From Magallana gigas (lineage: Eukaryota): a stretch of 64,000 nucleotides of DNA. The position numbers were made by a program, and so were the translations under genes. The notes beneath the pieces are model-generated. The model did not search any database, was not told the origin of the DNA, and saw only the letters and a list, made by a program, of their open reading frames with translations. The stretch is from assembly GCF_963853765.1 (NCBI RefSeq), contig NC_088860.1, forward strand, positions 23,684,001-23,748,000, written 5' to 3'. Positions 52,180 to 64,000 of this stretch are shown piece after piece; position 1 is the first letter of the stretch; the number at the start of each line of letters is the position of its first letter.

Positions 52180-54479
52180 GGAAGTGACGTCACATACATA
52201 GACCTTACCGCTATTCTAGTCATTATGAGGGCATAATTTGTAAATGGACATTGATTGTTATCTTATTTATGAAATGAATTAAACATGATTTCACATTTTT
52301 GATGAGGGTAACGATTCATTATGAACTAGAATACACGAGAGCGACGTTCTTTGTTATAATAGAACGTGTATACTGTGTCATTGCATTGTATTATCATATT
52401 GTTGAATTTTGGTGCCCAGAAGTGTTGTTAATTTTTACTAACAGCCACACCGTGAATTCAGATGTTTGGGCATGACAGTAGTCATCAACTGTATAAATTT
52501 CTATGTACTCTTGTATTAGCTATTTTGTAAGATTTGTTACAAGAAAATTTCACTTTAAGATGAAACATTTTCTGGAACAAACACCATCAAAAGTGAAAAT
52601 CACTTCATGCAAGTGATTCATATTGTGAGAATGTAATAAAATAATTGAAATTCTATTTGTAGCGATCAATTGATTTGTAGAAAACTGATACCGAAAATTA
52701 GTTTCCTTTAATCATCTTATTTAAATATTGAAACACTCCCTTGAGAGCAAGGCACTGATAAAAATTTGTCAGCCTACACAACTTCGTATTCAGGACTTTT
52801 ATTTATTGAAATCCCAAAATGGTTTTTAATTGAAACAGAATAAAGGGAAACAAATTGTTTACGAATCACAAGTTGCTCGTGATATACATCCAGTTAGTTC
52901 AACAAAATTTAAAGAAACACTCCAAAGAGATTTAATAAAATTAAGTGGACCGAATTTATCCTGTCGAGTGTGGATTTAGGCGTTGTGTTTGAAGACTTCA
53001 ACTCTTGTATTTATCAGACAGATTTTTTTTCTCTCTCTCTCTCCACGTCGTCATTAAATGTTTCTTTTATGTTGTTTTTAGGACTTTGATATATCACGGA
53101 GGTGTTAGGAAGACTGAGTTATGCGGTCGAAAAGCAACAATATTAGTACGCGTAAAAGTACATGTGAGTTAGTGTTAAATCGGTCAATAACACTCGGTAG
53201 AAAAGATTTGAACAAGTTGGGTGGTTACAGAAACTAATGATAGTCGCAATCACGTCTTGGAACGACCAGTGCATTCGTAATTTTGCTGTGATATCTCGAG
53301 ATTACTCCTTAAAGTAAATATTTTTAAAGATTGTAGAATTCCGGAATCCGGGATGTTACACATCCTTACAGAATATGATTAAAAGTCAGCAAACATGATC
53401 AGGGAATCTAGTTAATGCCCATGGCCTAATATAACTCGTTCATATCTCTTTTGTATTAAATTTATGGGATCGTAAACGAAATTGAGATCCAACGTCCTGC
53501 AATAATTAAAATTTAGAGAAAAATATTATATTCTATGAATTAAAAAGAAAAGAATTTAATTGTATAGTAAATTATTATATTAATAATATTTTGAAAAATC
53601 TCGTCTTGTCTCTCTTAAAAAAGAAATATTGCCTCATTCCAATGCCTTTGACCCTTATCAATTTAACTTAATTTGAAAATAAGGGGTCAACGGCGAACAC
53701 TCGTCTCCATTTTTTACGAGAACACATAATTTGTCTACCGTGTGGTGGATTCCTGATTGTGCAGAGTCTTTAGATCGTGACGGAAGAGAAATATAGGGAT
53801 CTATTAATACAATAACAGCTGCGTCACAATTCATTAACCGATCAAGTTATTTGTTATGATTCAAGATATGACGGAAGAGAAATATACGATGTTCGTGATG
53901 TAATCTGTTGATATATATTATAACTGTAGCGTCACAATTCATTAACCGCGATCTAAGATAAAACTCATTTATTTGATACATAACATTTTATGTTCATTTC
54001 TAATTTAAAGATCAATTATTAATTTTAAATTCATTCTTATTGAGTGAAAATCTATTTTACTGGCGTATGATTTTCATTCAGACGTTTTCCGTTTCATTCA
54101 AGCAGCAAATTGTGCTTACCAATACTAACAATTATAAATTTTAATACTAGTAATTGAATATTGATGTTTTTGAAGTGTAAACATAAACTAATTTTTAGAG
54201 TCCTTTGATTATTTTTTGATCATTTTTGAAAAGCTAGCGCTAAGCTTTGTCTTCAACTTTAACTGCATCTTCGCTAGTCAAGTTTCCAAAGAGGGGGGGG
54301 GGGGGGGGTTATTATTTACATTCGCATTTATAAGTAAAAATAAAGAACAGACAAAGACAAAAATAAAGTGAACATAAAATGAAATTAATGTTTCAGAAGT
54401 ACAATGATTTGAGGATAACAATCCAAGAATGACAACTCTTCTATAGTTTATTTTCTATCTACGGAATGCAATTTTCCTA

Positions 54480-57110
54480 CACGCACTTAATTTTTATGAC
54501 GTAGATTTTATATTTCTCTGTTCTTTACATGCAATAATTCTATTGTTTGTATGACAATATGTATTATGTCTATAATAGAGAGAGGGTTGTCTAAGTTTTT
54601 AGAACTTATTGTGTCTAATCGTTTTGACTTACGTCAATGACGAAATGAAAGAATGTACTCGTTGTAAATTTACCAATAAAAAATCTTTAAAAAGGAGTTT
54701 ACTATCATGCTCAAATTTTGAGCAATATTTAAAGGTATTTTATCTTTTTTAAAAAAGCGTTTGAATAGATTTACAACGTATCCAATAATTCTGTTCATTG
54801 TGCCCTTATTTACTCGATAACGAAATACATCCTACATTATGCCCGACCCATATATCCAACTGGCCATGTATATATTTTGTACTTGTAACAAGTAATTGAT
54901 TGTTATATCGTAGAAGTATGGTATTTATAGTTGTTGCTCTGTATTTAGATTTTCCAACAGCAATACTCGAAGACGATTTTCTGATGATTTTCCATTTGGG
55001 GTTTCGTCTAGTTCATTCTTAGGTACTAGTAATTGACGACACATATCTAACATTATCAAGCTGCTGGGGTTATAAAGTTTTTCCTTACAAAAGTCTGTAC
55101 ATGTATTTTGTGCCATGCTTTATTCATACGAAAAATAACAGAAACGCGATTTTTCACAATAATTATCAGAAAGGTCTACGTGCTTAATGAACATTGAATC
55201 AGCTATTTTATTAACTGGTTTTAGTGTAACTCTATTAATTCTGATTTAAAACTATCCAGAACTGATAAAATGAAACATTGATGGAGAAAACTGAACTAAA
55301 GTGAATTATATTATATTAGATTACTATCCATCTACTTCTATTTTCTTATTATACACTGTAGAATTTAAAGTCATTAATTTGCATATAGTTTCAGCCTATA
55401 TCTTTCTATGGAAAGAAGGCAATTTACGACAAATAAATTCAGTTTACATTTATTTGTTCTAAGATTGATCGAAAACGGGATAAAATCCCGCATGATTAAA
55501 TGCTTTTGATATTTCTCACTGTTGGTATTATACTGGCACTATCTTGTTCAAATCCGATATTGTAAAACCACACTTACAATCCATACAATTCAATGAGAAT
55601 GAAGTGTTCTATAGCCCACAACCCTTATATATGTTTGATGACCTACCATACATTATTTTATCAATTTTTAGCATAATAACTTTTACAAAAATTGTCAATA
55701 AGAAATTTTCTTATATGCCCTCAATCTTAATAGTAAACTTTTTTAATATAATTATGTTCTTTATATGTTATAATTCTTTTGTTTGTTTGGCAGTTTTTAT
55801 TACAAATCATGTCTATAACATAGGACGGACTGCATAAGGTCTAAAACTACTAGTGTAATCGTTTTGACTTATGTCAATTAAATAGGACGAAATGCAAGAA
55901 TAAACTGATGGTAATGTTTATCAATAAAAAAAGACCAGTGCATGAACAACTTCGTGTTATTTTTTCGGGTAAGTTACTTTATATAGATATCTTACATAAG
56001 AGAATGATATACATGTACTACTAACCGATTTTTTGTCAGAATGTTATAAAAGTATGAACCAATATTTAAACTGTATTAGGTCACATAAAAATCATGTGTT
56101 GATCGTGGACATTGAAAATTACGTTAACATGTCTTTCAAATATTCTCATAACGGTAGATCTAAATCTTTATCATGTTATATACTAAATAGTATCATGCTA
56201 AAATTTGGGGACAATGTTTACAACTTTTAATCATTAAAAAAATTCTTTAAATAGAACTGCAACGTATCCGATATATCAGTTTATTTTTAGAACATACAAT
56301 GCCCTTTAATTTACTCAATAACGGAATACTCCCTCTGTTATCACCGACCCATATATCCAATTATCCATGCATATACTGCACTTGTAGGTAGTAATTATGA
56401 TATCTCTAGTGTATTATCCGAAAAAAGTACGGTATTTATAGCTGTTGCTCGGTATCTTCAAATTTTCCCACAGCGATGCTCGAAGATGAAATTCCAAAGA
56501 TTTTCCATCGGGGCTTTCGTTTTGCTCTTGTTTGGTAAAATACGACACATATATAACATCTATTGAGCTTTTTGGGGTATTAAATAATTTTTTTCATTAG
56601 AAAAGTCCGTATTTTGTGCCATTATTTATTAAAACGACAAATAACAGAAAAACGATTTTTCACAATATATAAAAGAGGTCAACATGCTTTCTTAAAATTG
56701 AATCAGCTTTTGTATTAATTGATTTTATAGTGTCTCCATAAACTCTGATTTTAAATTATCCAGAATTGATAGAATACAACATGAACGAAGAAAACTAAAC
56801 TATAGAGAAGGCCTTTAAATAAGAATAATTATCCGTCTACTTCTATTTTATTGTTATACACTGAATTTCCAATTAAAAGTCATTAATTTGCAGACATTTT
56901 CAGCCGATATCTTTCTATGGTTGGCTGAAAGAAGTCAATTTACGACAAATAAACTCATTTTATTTTATTAGTTCTGAGATCGATCAAAATCGGGTTAAAA
57001 TTAATATGATTGAATACATTTCAGAATTGTCTCTCTTGGAATATATTATGCTGACACTGACTTGTTCAAGAACCACACTTACAGTCAATATAACCCACTG
57101 AGATCAAACT

Positions 57111-57156
<46 letters not shown>

Positions 57157-59160
57157 TTGTTGCTCGGTATTTTCAGATTTTCCGAAAGCAAGACTCGAAG
57201 ATGAAATTCCAAAGATTTTCCATCGGGGTATTCGGCTTGCTTGCGTTTGGTAATTGGCGACACACATTTAGCATTCATCAAACAGTTTGGGATAATAAGT
57301 AAAGATTTTTTTTTATTTTTACAAAAGTCTGTATTATGTGCCATTATTCATTTACTAGATTGAAATAACAGAAAAAGCGATTTTTTTACCTAATGTCAGG
57401 TAGACAAACACTTCAAATGAAAATTGGAATCAGTGTTTGCATTGTGATGTAATTCATATATTTTTATTTTTTATTTTAAGAAATTCAGAATTGAATGAAA
57501 TAAAGATAAATAGAGAGACAAAAACTTTAAAAAAATTGACTTAACATTCAAATCTCATACATAGTAGAATCAAAAGTCTATCGCAATGCATGTGCATGTA
57601 GTTTCAGCCTATATCTTTCTATGGTTGGCTGAAAGAAGTCAATTGACGACAAATAAATTCAGTTTATTTTTATTTGTTTTATATAGATCGATCAAAATCG
57701 GGATAAAATCAATATGATTTAAAAATATATTTCAGAATAGTCTCTCTTGGTATTATGATGGCACTGACTTGTTCAAGAACCACACTTACAATCAATATGA
57801 TCCACTTAGATTAAACTCTTCTATAGCTAAATTCATACCGCCCTTACATTTGGATACCTAGTATGATATCATTTTGTCAATTTTTAACATAATAACTTTT
57901 ACAAAAAATGTCTACAAGAAATTTTCCTACTAAATTTTTATTTCAGAGATTTCATAAAATTCTCTTCTTTTTATGTAATAATTCTCTTGTTCATATTCCA
58001 GTTTGTCTAAAAGATTATGTCAATAACAGAGGGGGGATTGTCTTAGGTCTAGAACTACTGGTGTCTAATCGTTTTGACTTATGTCAATTAAATAGGACGA
58101 AATTCAAGCAAGGAACAGTGGTCATGTTTATCACTAAATTAGTCCAGTGCATGAAAAACTTTTTTTTAAGGTGAATTACTTTGTATAGATATTTCGTATA
58201 AGAGAATGATATACATGTGCTAGTAACCGAGTATATGTCAGAATGTTATAAAAATTAATATGAACCACTATTTAAAATATATAATGTCACATAAAGCATG
58301 TATTGGTCGTGGTAATTGAACATTACGTTAACATGTCTTTTATATATATTCTCATAACGGTAGATCTAAATCTTTATCTTGTTATATACTAAATAGTATC
58401 ATACTGAAATTTTGGAGCAATGTACTTACAATTTTTCATCATTTTTGAAAAGCCTTTAAATAGAACGACAACGTATCCGATAATTCGGTTTATTTAAAGA
58501 ACATACAGTACCCTCTAATTTACTCAATATCGGAATACGCCCTCCATTATCCCCGACCCATATATATCCAATTGCCCATACATATATACTACACTTGTAA
58601 CTGGTAATTATGCTAAAGCTAGTCTATTATCCGAAAAAGTATGGTATTTATAGCTGTTGCTCAGTATCTTTAGATTTTCCAAAAGCAATGCTCGAAGATG
58701 AAATTCCAATTTTTTCCAAGATTTTCCATCGGGGCTTTCGTCATGCTCGCGTTTGGGTACTGACGACACACACATAACATTCATCAAGCTGTTGGGGATA
58801 TTAAATAAAGATTTTCCTTATAAAAGTCTGTATTTTGCGCCATGATTCATTCAGATTAAAAATTCAGAAAAAAGCGATTTTTTAAACCCAATTTCAGAGA
58901 GGCAAACACTTCAAATCAAAATTGGAATCAGAGTTTGCATTATAATGTAATTCACATACAACTGTATTTTGATTTTTTTAATTTAAGAAATTAGAATTGA
59001 AATAAAGACGAAAAGAGAGGAAAAAAAAACTAAAAAAATTGACTTAACATTCAAAATCTTATACATAGTAGAATCAAAAGTCTAGTGCAATGCATATGCA
59101 TGTAGTTTCAGCCTATATCTTTCAATGGTTTATTGAAAGAAGTCAATTTACGACAAATAG
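54480..59160 (+). repeat. Degenerate tandem array of a ~1.5-kb unit (about four copies, one internally deleted)
   Basis: Marker tttcagcc(t/g)atatcttt occurs at ~55390, 56898, 57602 and 59106 (spacing ~1.5, 0.7, 1.5 kb). Marker ctcgaaga(c/t)ga occurs at ~54966, 56479, 57194 and 58691. Marker ccgacccatatat occurs at ~54843, 56344 and 58553. Confidence 0.85.
57113..57154. repeat. (TA)n microsatellite
   Basis: Perfect TA run. Confidence 0.98.
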
Positions 59161-60661
59161 TTAATTTTGTCCATCAACATTACACAGAAATTCACAAGTT
59201 TTTAATTGTCTTTGTCTATAATCATATATGACCATCTGATGTTTCCATGATTTTGTAATGAGAATTCACAATCTGCAAAATACCTGTTCCATATTCTTTT
59301 ATTTAAAAATAGGTCGATACCTATCTACACGCTACATGTATATATGATCCCCATTGTTATGACTCCAACAAAGGCTGTATTCAGGTCAAATACATAAAAA
59401 GGTATCGGAATTTTGTGAGAATTATATAAACAGTATGGGGTGATGGTTTGTAATAAACATCGTACGATGCATGCTTAATTGCGTTATGGGAAATCAAAGA
59501 AATGCACTTAAAATGTGCTAAAACTATTACATCTTCTGTGCAGAATTTTTTTTTGAATTGTAGTAGTTCTTCACAAAGGTATGCAACTACCTTCATTAAG
59601 TGAAATCGTAATAAAAACTTCCAAACGATGAAGCAATTTATTGCTAATTTGGTAGACACTGAAATATCAAACTAATTCTATAGAATTGCGTTATGATAGC
59701 TAAACAAGAGCATATCTGAAAAATTAATTAATTTTTTTTTCAAATTTCTCTTTTGACAGTACAAACAAGGATGTCAACATTGGGAAAATACCCTTTTCTA
59801 AAAATAAAACAACAACATGATATACCTATACATTTGATATGGGAGACTTACAGACAGTTATCTGTTTTTTGTTTTGTGGGCCACCATCTACCAAAACAAT
59901 AATTAGAACGTCCCCATAGATGCATTTTAAAAAAGCTAAACTTGTATATCACTGATGTAGGATAACACAGAGTAAATATTCCCAACCAAATAAAAACAAG
60001 CTCAAAATGTGCAAATGTTTACTAGAGATAACTCACTTTCTTGCTGTCATGCCTGAGGAATCACATAACCTAGATTTAACCCTAACTAAGATACCTTGCT
60101 GACCAAATTCAAAACCCTACTGAGCGAACTGACAATCTATTGAAAACTCTACAGGTAGTCTGTAATTCGCTGTATTAAATAAATCATAAGAAGTTCAGCT
60201 ATATATTTTCTATAGAACAATATCCCAGTGTCAGCAAGACTTGCACATATTAAAAAAAATTTCTAAATCTTAATATTTAGAACTGCGATACAACATTGCA
60301 TCTTACTTTTTTACATTTCTTTTTTATTATGTCCCTGAAGTATATGAGTATACTGTTTATGTCACTTGGATTTTTTTAGTCTGCTAAGTGTATGCTTCTA
60401 GTTGATAAACCGTACTACAATAGTATAGGAACACATTGAATTTGGGCTCACAATGCCATGTATTCAATTAATTTTCTATAATCAATCGCAACTGGATCTC
60501 GAATAATTTCCTATGAAATTTTATTGTTCGATTTATTCAAAAAATACATGCATTGTCTTCTAAGCAAGTGATAGACATTGTATGCCTTTATTATCCCTGC
60601 CCCATATATCCCATAATTCCATGGATGCAATAATGATGCTCCATATCCTATCCGAGCAACT

Positions 60662-60664
<3 letters not shown>

Positions 60665-60715
<51 letters not shown>

Positions 60716-63643
60716 TTCCTAACCAAATCACATATCGAATCACGTTTCACTTTTTAAAATGTAACTTCTAAAATAAATGGAACCGTTTTAGATCTAACAA
60801 GACCTTGGAATTTGGGTAGTTGTGTCAAACAGCTGATTGCAAGCAGCACACGAACATCGAAAGCCTCTCCCCAGACGCACCTTAGTTTTCACTTTGATGA
60901 GAGTAAGGAGCTGATTTTAATTTTCAATTTAAAATTTGAAAAAAAGACTCGCGTTTATGATTGATCACAAAATTGCTATTTAGAAAGAATCTGATAAGAA
61001 ATAAATATCCTTGGTAGAAATATTTCTAATTTTCTTAAACAAAACCAGTAAAGTTGTACATCAAGTTACAGTTGTTTTTTTTTTTTGTTTCTTCTAAAAA
61101 CCATTATTTGTATGGAAGTGTTGCAATAAATTCGAAACCTGTATGCAGTGCTTATTTTAAGATCTCAACTTTATACATATGCATATTAAACGAATTCGAA
61201 TTGTTATCACAATTTTCTTAATTGATCACATTTCTTAGAAATATATCTTAGCTTCAAAATATCTTTCAAAGTTGTGAAACGTTTTGACATACCTAAAATA
61301 TCTAGCGGTCAATGTTTGATGGGATAAAAGTTTCCCCCAAACAATCCGTGAATAAACAAAAGACAAATAAAAAATTCACTGCATGGCCAACAATAAACTC
61401 TACAATGTTTGTTTGTGGCTAGAATTTGATCTGGTGTGAATTCGAAACCCCAACACCGTTCGTAGCACTTTTCTTGGTCCGTAATTCGAGGCACGTCAGC
61501 AAGTTTCCGAGAATGAACCATCGAGTTGTAAAGCACTTGCCCCCACACAGTTGGCATCCTTTCTAAGAACATGAACCGGTTTAATGGATGTCCTAGAAAC
61601 ATAGGGTAAAGACAGCAAGGGAAAGTACTGGGTGGTTCTAAACATAATAATGCAATGCCGGTTGTCATATGCATAGAAATCACGTCATTTTCTTTGAATG
61701 GAGAAAGGAGAAATTCGATGACAGTGTTAGTAAGTTCCTTATGCATAGAATGATAATAGATGATTTATTACCGCACATTGCGTATGCAAGTCAAAATGTG
61801 CATGATCCGTACACCTGTACTGTTACAGGTACAAGAAGGCATTGCACATTAATAGTATGAAAACTTATACTTTTTTAAAATGATTAGTAGACTTTAATGT
61901 GTACATGTTTCACAGACAAGAATATATGCATATTCAAATGATAAGTGTAAATTTATGAATAGATTACTAAGGTTAAATGAGTTGATTATTATTAATACAT
62001 ACCTTCTACTTTGAGTGATACTGCTTACCTACCAAATTAAATAACTGTATTTTTCCTTATTTTCAAGAAACATGACAATTTAACTGCTGTAATTATTCTT
62101 TATTGAATATGTTTTACTCAATAGAAAAAAGTTTAAAAGTGTATTTTACAATGTTTGTTTTACTATACCAATTACATTAATCAAATAAGTTTACCAACAA
62201 ACAAACTCCGATAAATCAAAACTCAGACAAAATATATTACAATGGTCTTTCAGGATGATGTACAACACAACAACTGTAATCCACTTAGGTAATACCTTAA
62301 CTAAAGATTGTTCGACTGTGTGCAAAATATTGCAAAATATTACTTCCTCTAAACTGGAAGTCACGCTTCAAAACTGCTTTTTCCTCTTATTGGAACTTTC
62401 TTCTTAAATTTAAACTGTATGCGACCATCTACCAAACCACAAAAACGTTTCCATAGACGCTTCTTAAACATTATACCTTGATGAGAGTAAGCTCAGGGTA
62501 GTTTAAATTCGAGAAACCCAAAATACGCATTCATAAATAATAACAAAATTGCTAATTACTCAGAATTTGATGATTAAGAAAGTTAATCTTTTGTGCATGC
62601 TTACTACAGTAGGAATAAATTTATTAATAACATTTTTGAAAGAAAGTTCTTCATGGTCTTTGGTAGAAATGTTTTAAAAACTAAAACCTATGTGTCCGTT
62701 TCATTGGTTGATGCCTTGAACTATTTTAAAACCTGTTCTACATGATATTGAAATAACAGTTTTTCCTTGCCATACGCGGGTTTAGTGTGGTAACGTTTCA
62801 ATGATTTCGAAACTCGTTTGTTATTCATCTAAACATCTCTTAAGAACTGCATTAACCAGACTAGTTATTTTAAGATTTTTTAAAAATTTGATAATTATGA
62901 CTTTTAAAACAATCTGTTTAACATACATAACTTATTACATATATGAGTTGAATCAGAGTACATTGAGGGAAAATCTCCCCTTAAAATACATTAATTAAAA
63001 AAAAAATCAAATTTAACTGGATGTTTAATAGTAAATATTTGAGCTGGTGTTAAATTCGAAACCCCCAACATTGTCTGTAGCGATTTCCTTGGTCCATAAC
63101 TAAATAAAAGCAATAAGATACATAAATCAAGCATGCAGATCGAGCATGCCGTAAAGTTTTTGCCTCACTCAGTTTGCATCATTTCAAAGAACATATTCTT
63201 TAAGTTAAACGGCCACATACTACAACATTACAAATAATGAAACTAAATTCAAAGAGTGAAGCCACATACTACAACATTACAAATAATGAAACTAAATTCA
63301 AAGAGTGAAGCCACATACTTAAACATTACAAATAATGCAACTGAATTTAAAGAGTGAAGCCACAAACTTAAAAATTATAAAGCCATTTCGGCAACTCTAT
63401 TTTTTTTTTGGAAATGAGACGATTTATTTGAATTTAAAGTGTAACGAATGCATATTTTAAAAAAATCTTACGTTGTACCCTCTATGTTGACAATACAAAC
63501 AAGGATGTGAAACATTCGAAAAATACCTGTTTCTAAAAATTAACAGCGACTGAAATAAAATAATAAACCAGTATGATAACTATAAGAAGTACCGTTGGAA
63601 AAATATATTATGCTATTTTATTACTGACTTATTATAAACATTG

Positions 63644-63705
<62 letters not shown>

Positions 63706-64000
63706 TTCCTAACTAAATTACATATCGAATCACGTTTCACTTTTTAAAATGTAACTTCTAAAATAAATGGAACCATTTTAGTTATAACAAGACCTTGGAC
63801 TTTGGGTAGTTGTGTCAAACAGCTGATTGCAAGCGCTAGCAGCACACGAACATCGAAAGCCTCTCCCCCGACGCGCCTTATTTTTTACTTTGATGAGAGT
63901 AAGGAGTTGATTTTAATTTTCAATTTAAAATTTGAAAAAAAGACTCGCATTTATGATTGATCACAAAATTGCTATTTAGGAAGAATCTGATAAGAAATAA
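60665..64000 (+). repeat. Direct duplication of a (GA)n-headed ~340-bp block (60665-61003 and 63647-64000)
   Basis: (GA)n-cttttcctaac...gaatctgataagaaataa is nearly identical in both copies, about 3 kb apart. Confidence 0.92.
63212..63375 (+). repeat. 49-bp minisatellite, three copies plus a partial fourth
   Basis: gccacatactacaacattacaaataatgaaactaaattcaaagagtgaa starts at 63212, 63261 and 63310, with a partial copy at 63359. Confidence 0.95.

Noticed and set aside
61309-61746. 145-aa minus-strand ORF
   Set aside because: No domain signature, and part of it is a diverged copy of non-coding repeat sequence at ~63040-63160.
63212-63375. 49-bp repeats as CRISPR-like or coding repeats
   Set aside because: Contiguous units without spacers, and a length that is not a multiple of three; an ordinary minisatellite.

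Overview
Eukaryotic, intron-rich, AT-rich genomic DNA. It is most likely from an oyster (Crassostrea/Magallana-like bivalve), inferred from a 166-bp Cg170-type satellite inside a Helentron-like element and from MITE families typical of oysters. All gene models were assembled by hand from splice sites and reading phase; homologies are from recall, not searches. Left to right: (1) three tandem Shisa-like/CYYR1-type single-pass membrane genes with PPxY tails, the middle one carrying an extra WAP domain; (2) a secreted single-MRH-domain gene; (3) a 613-aa gene with four CARD-like domains around a TRADD-N-like domain and no catalytic domain; (4) MCMBP (minus strand, with an apparent AT-AT minor intron) head-to-head with UBAC2; (5) class II CPD photolyase (minus strand, with an intron-split ATG that would add a mitochondrial presequence) head-to-head with RCCD1; (6) an orphan two-coding-exon gene; (7) a gene-free tail of degenerate 1.5-kb and ~3-kb duplications. 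There is a 144-N assembly gap at 12487-12630. No CRISPR arrays, rRNA genes or intact tRNA genes were seen.
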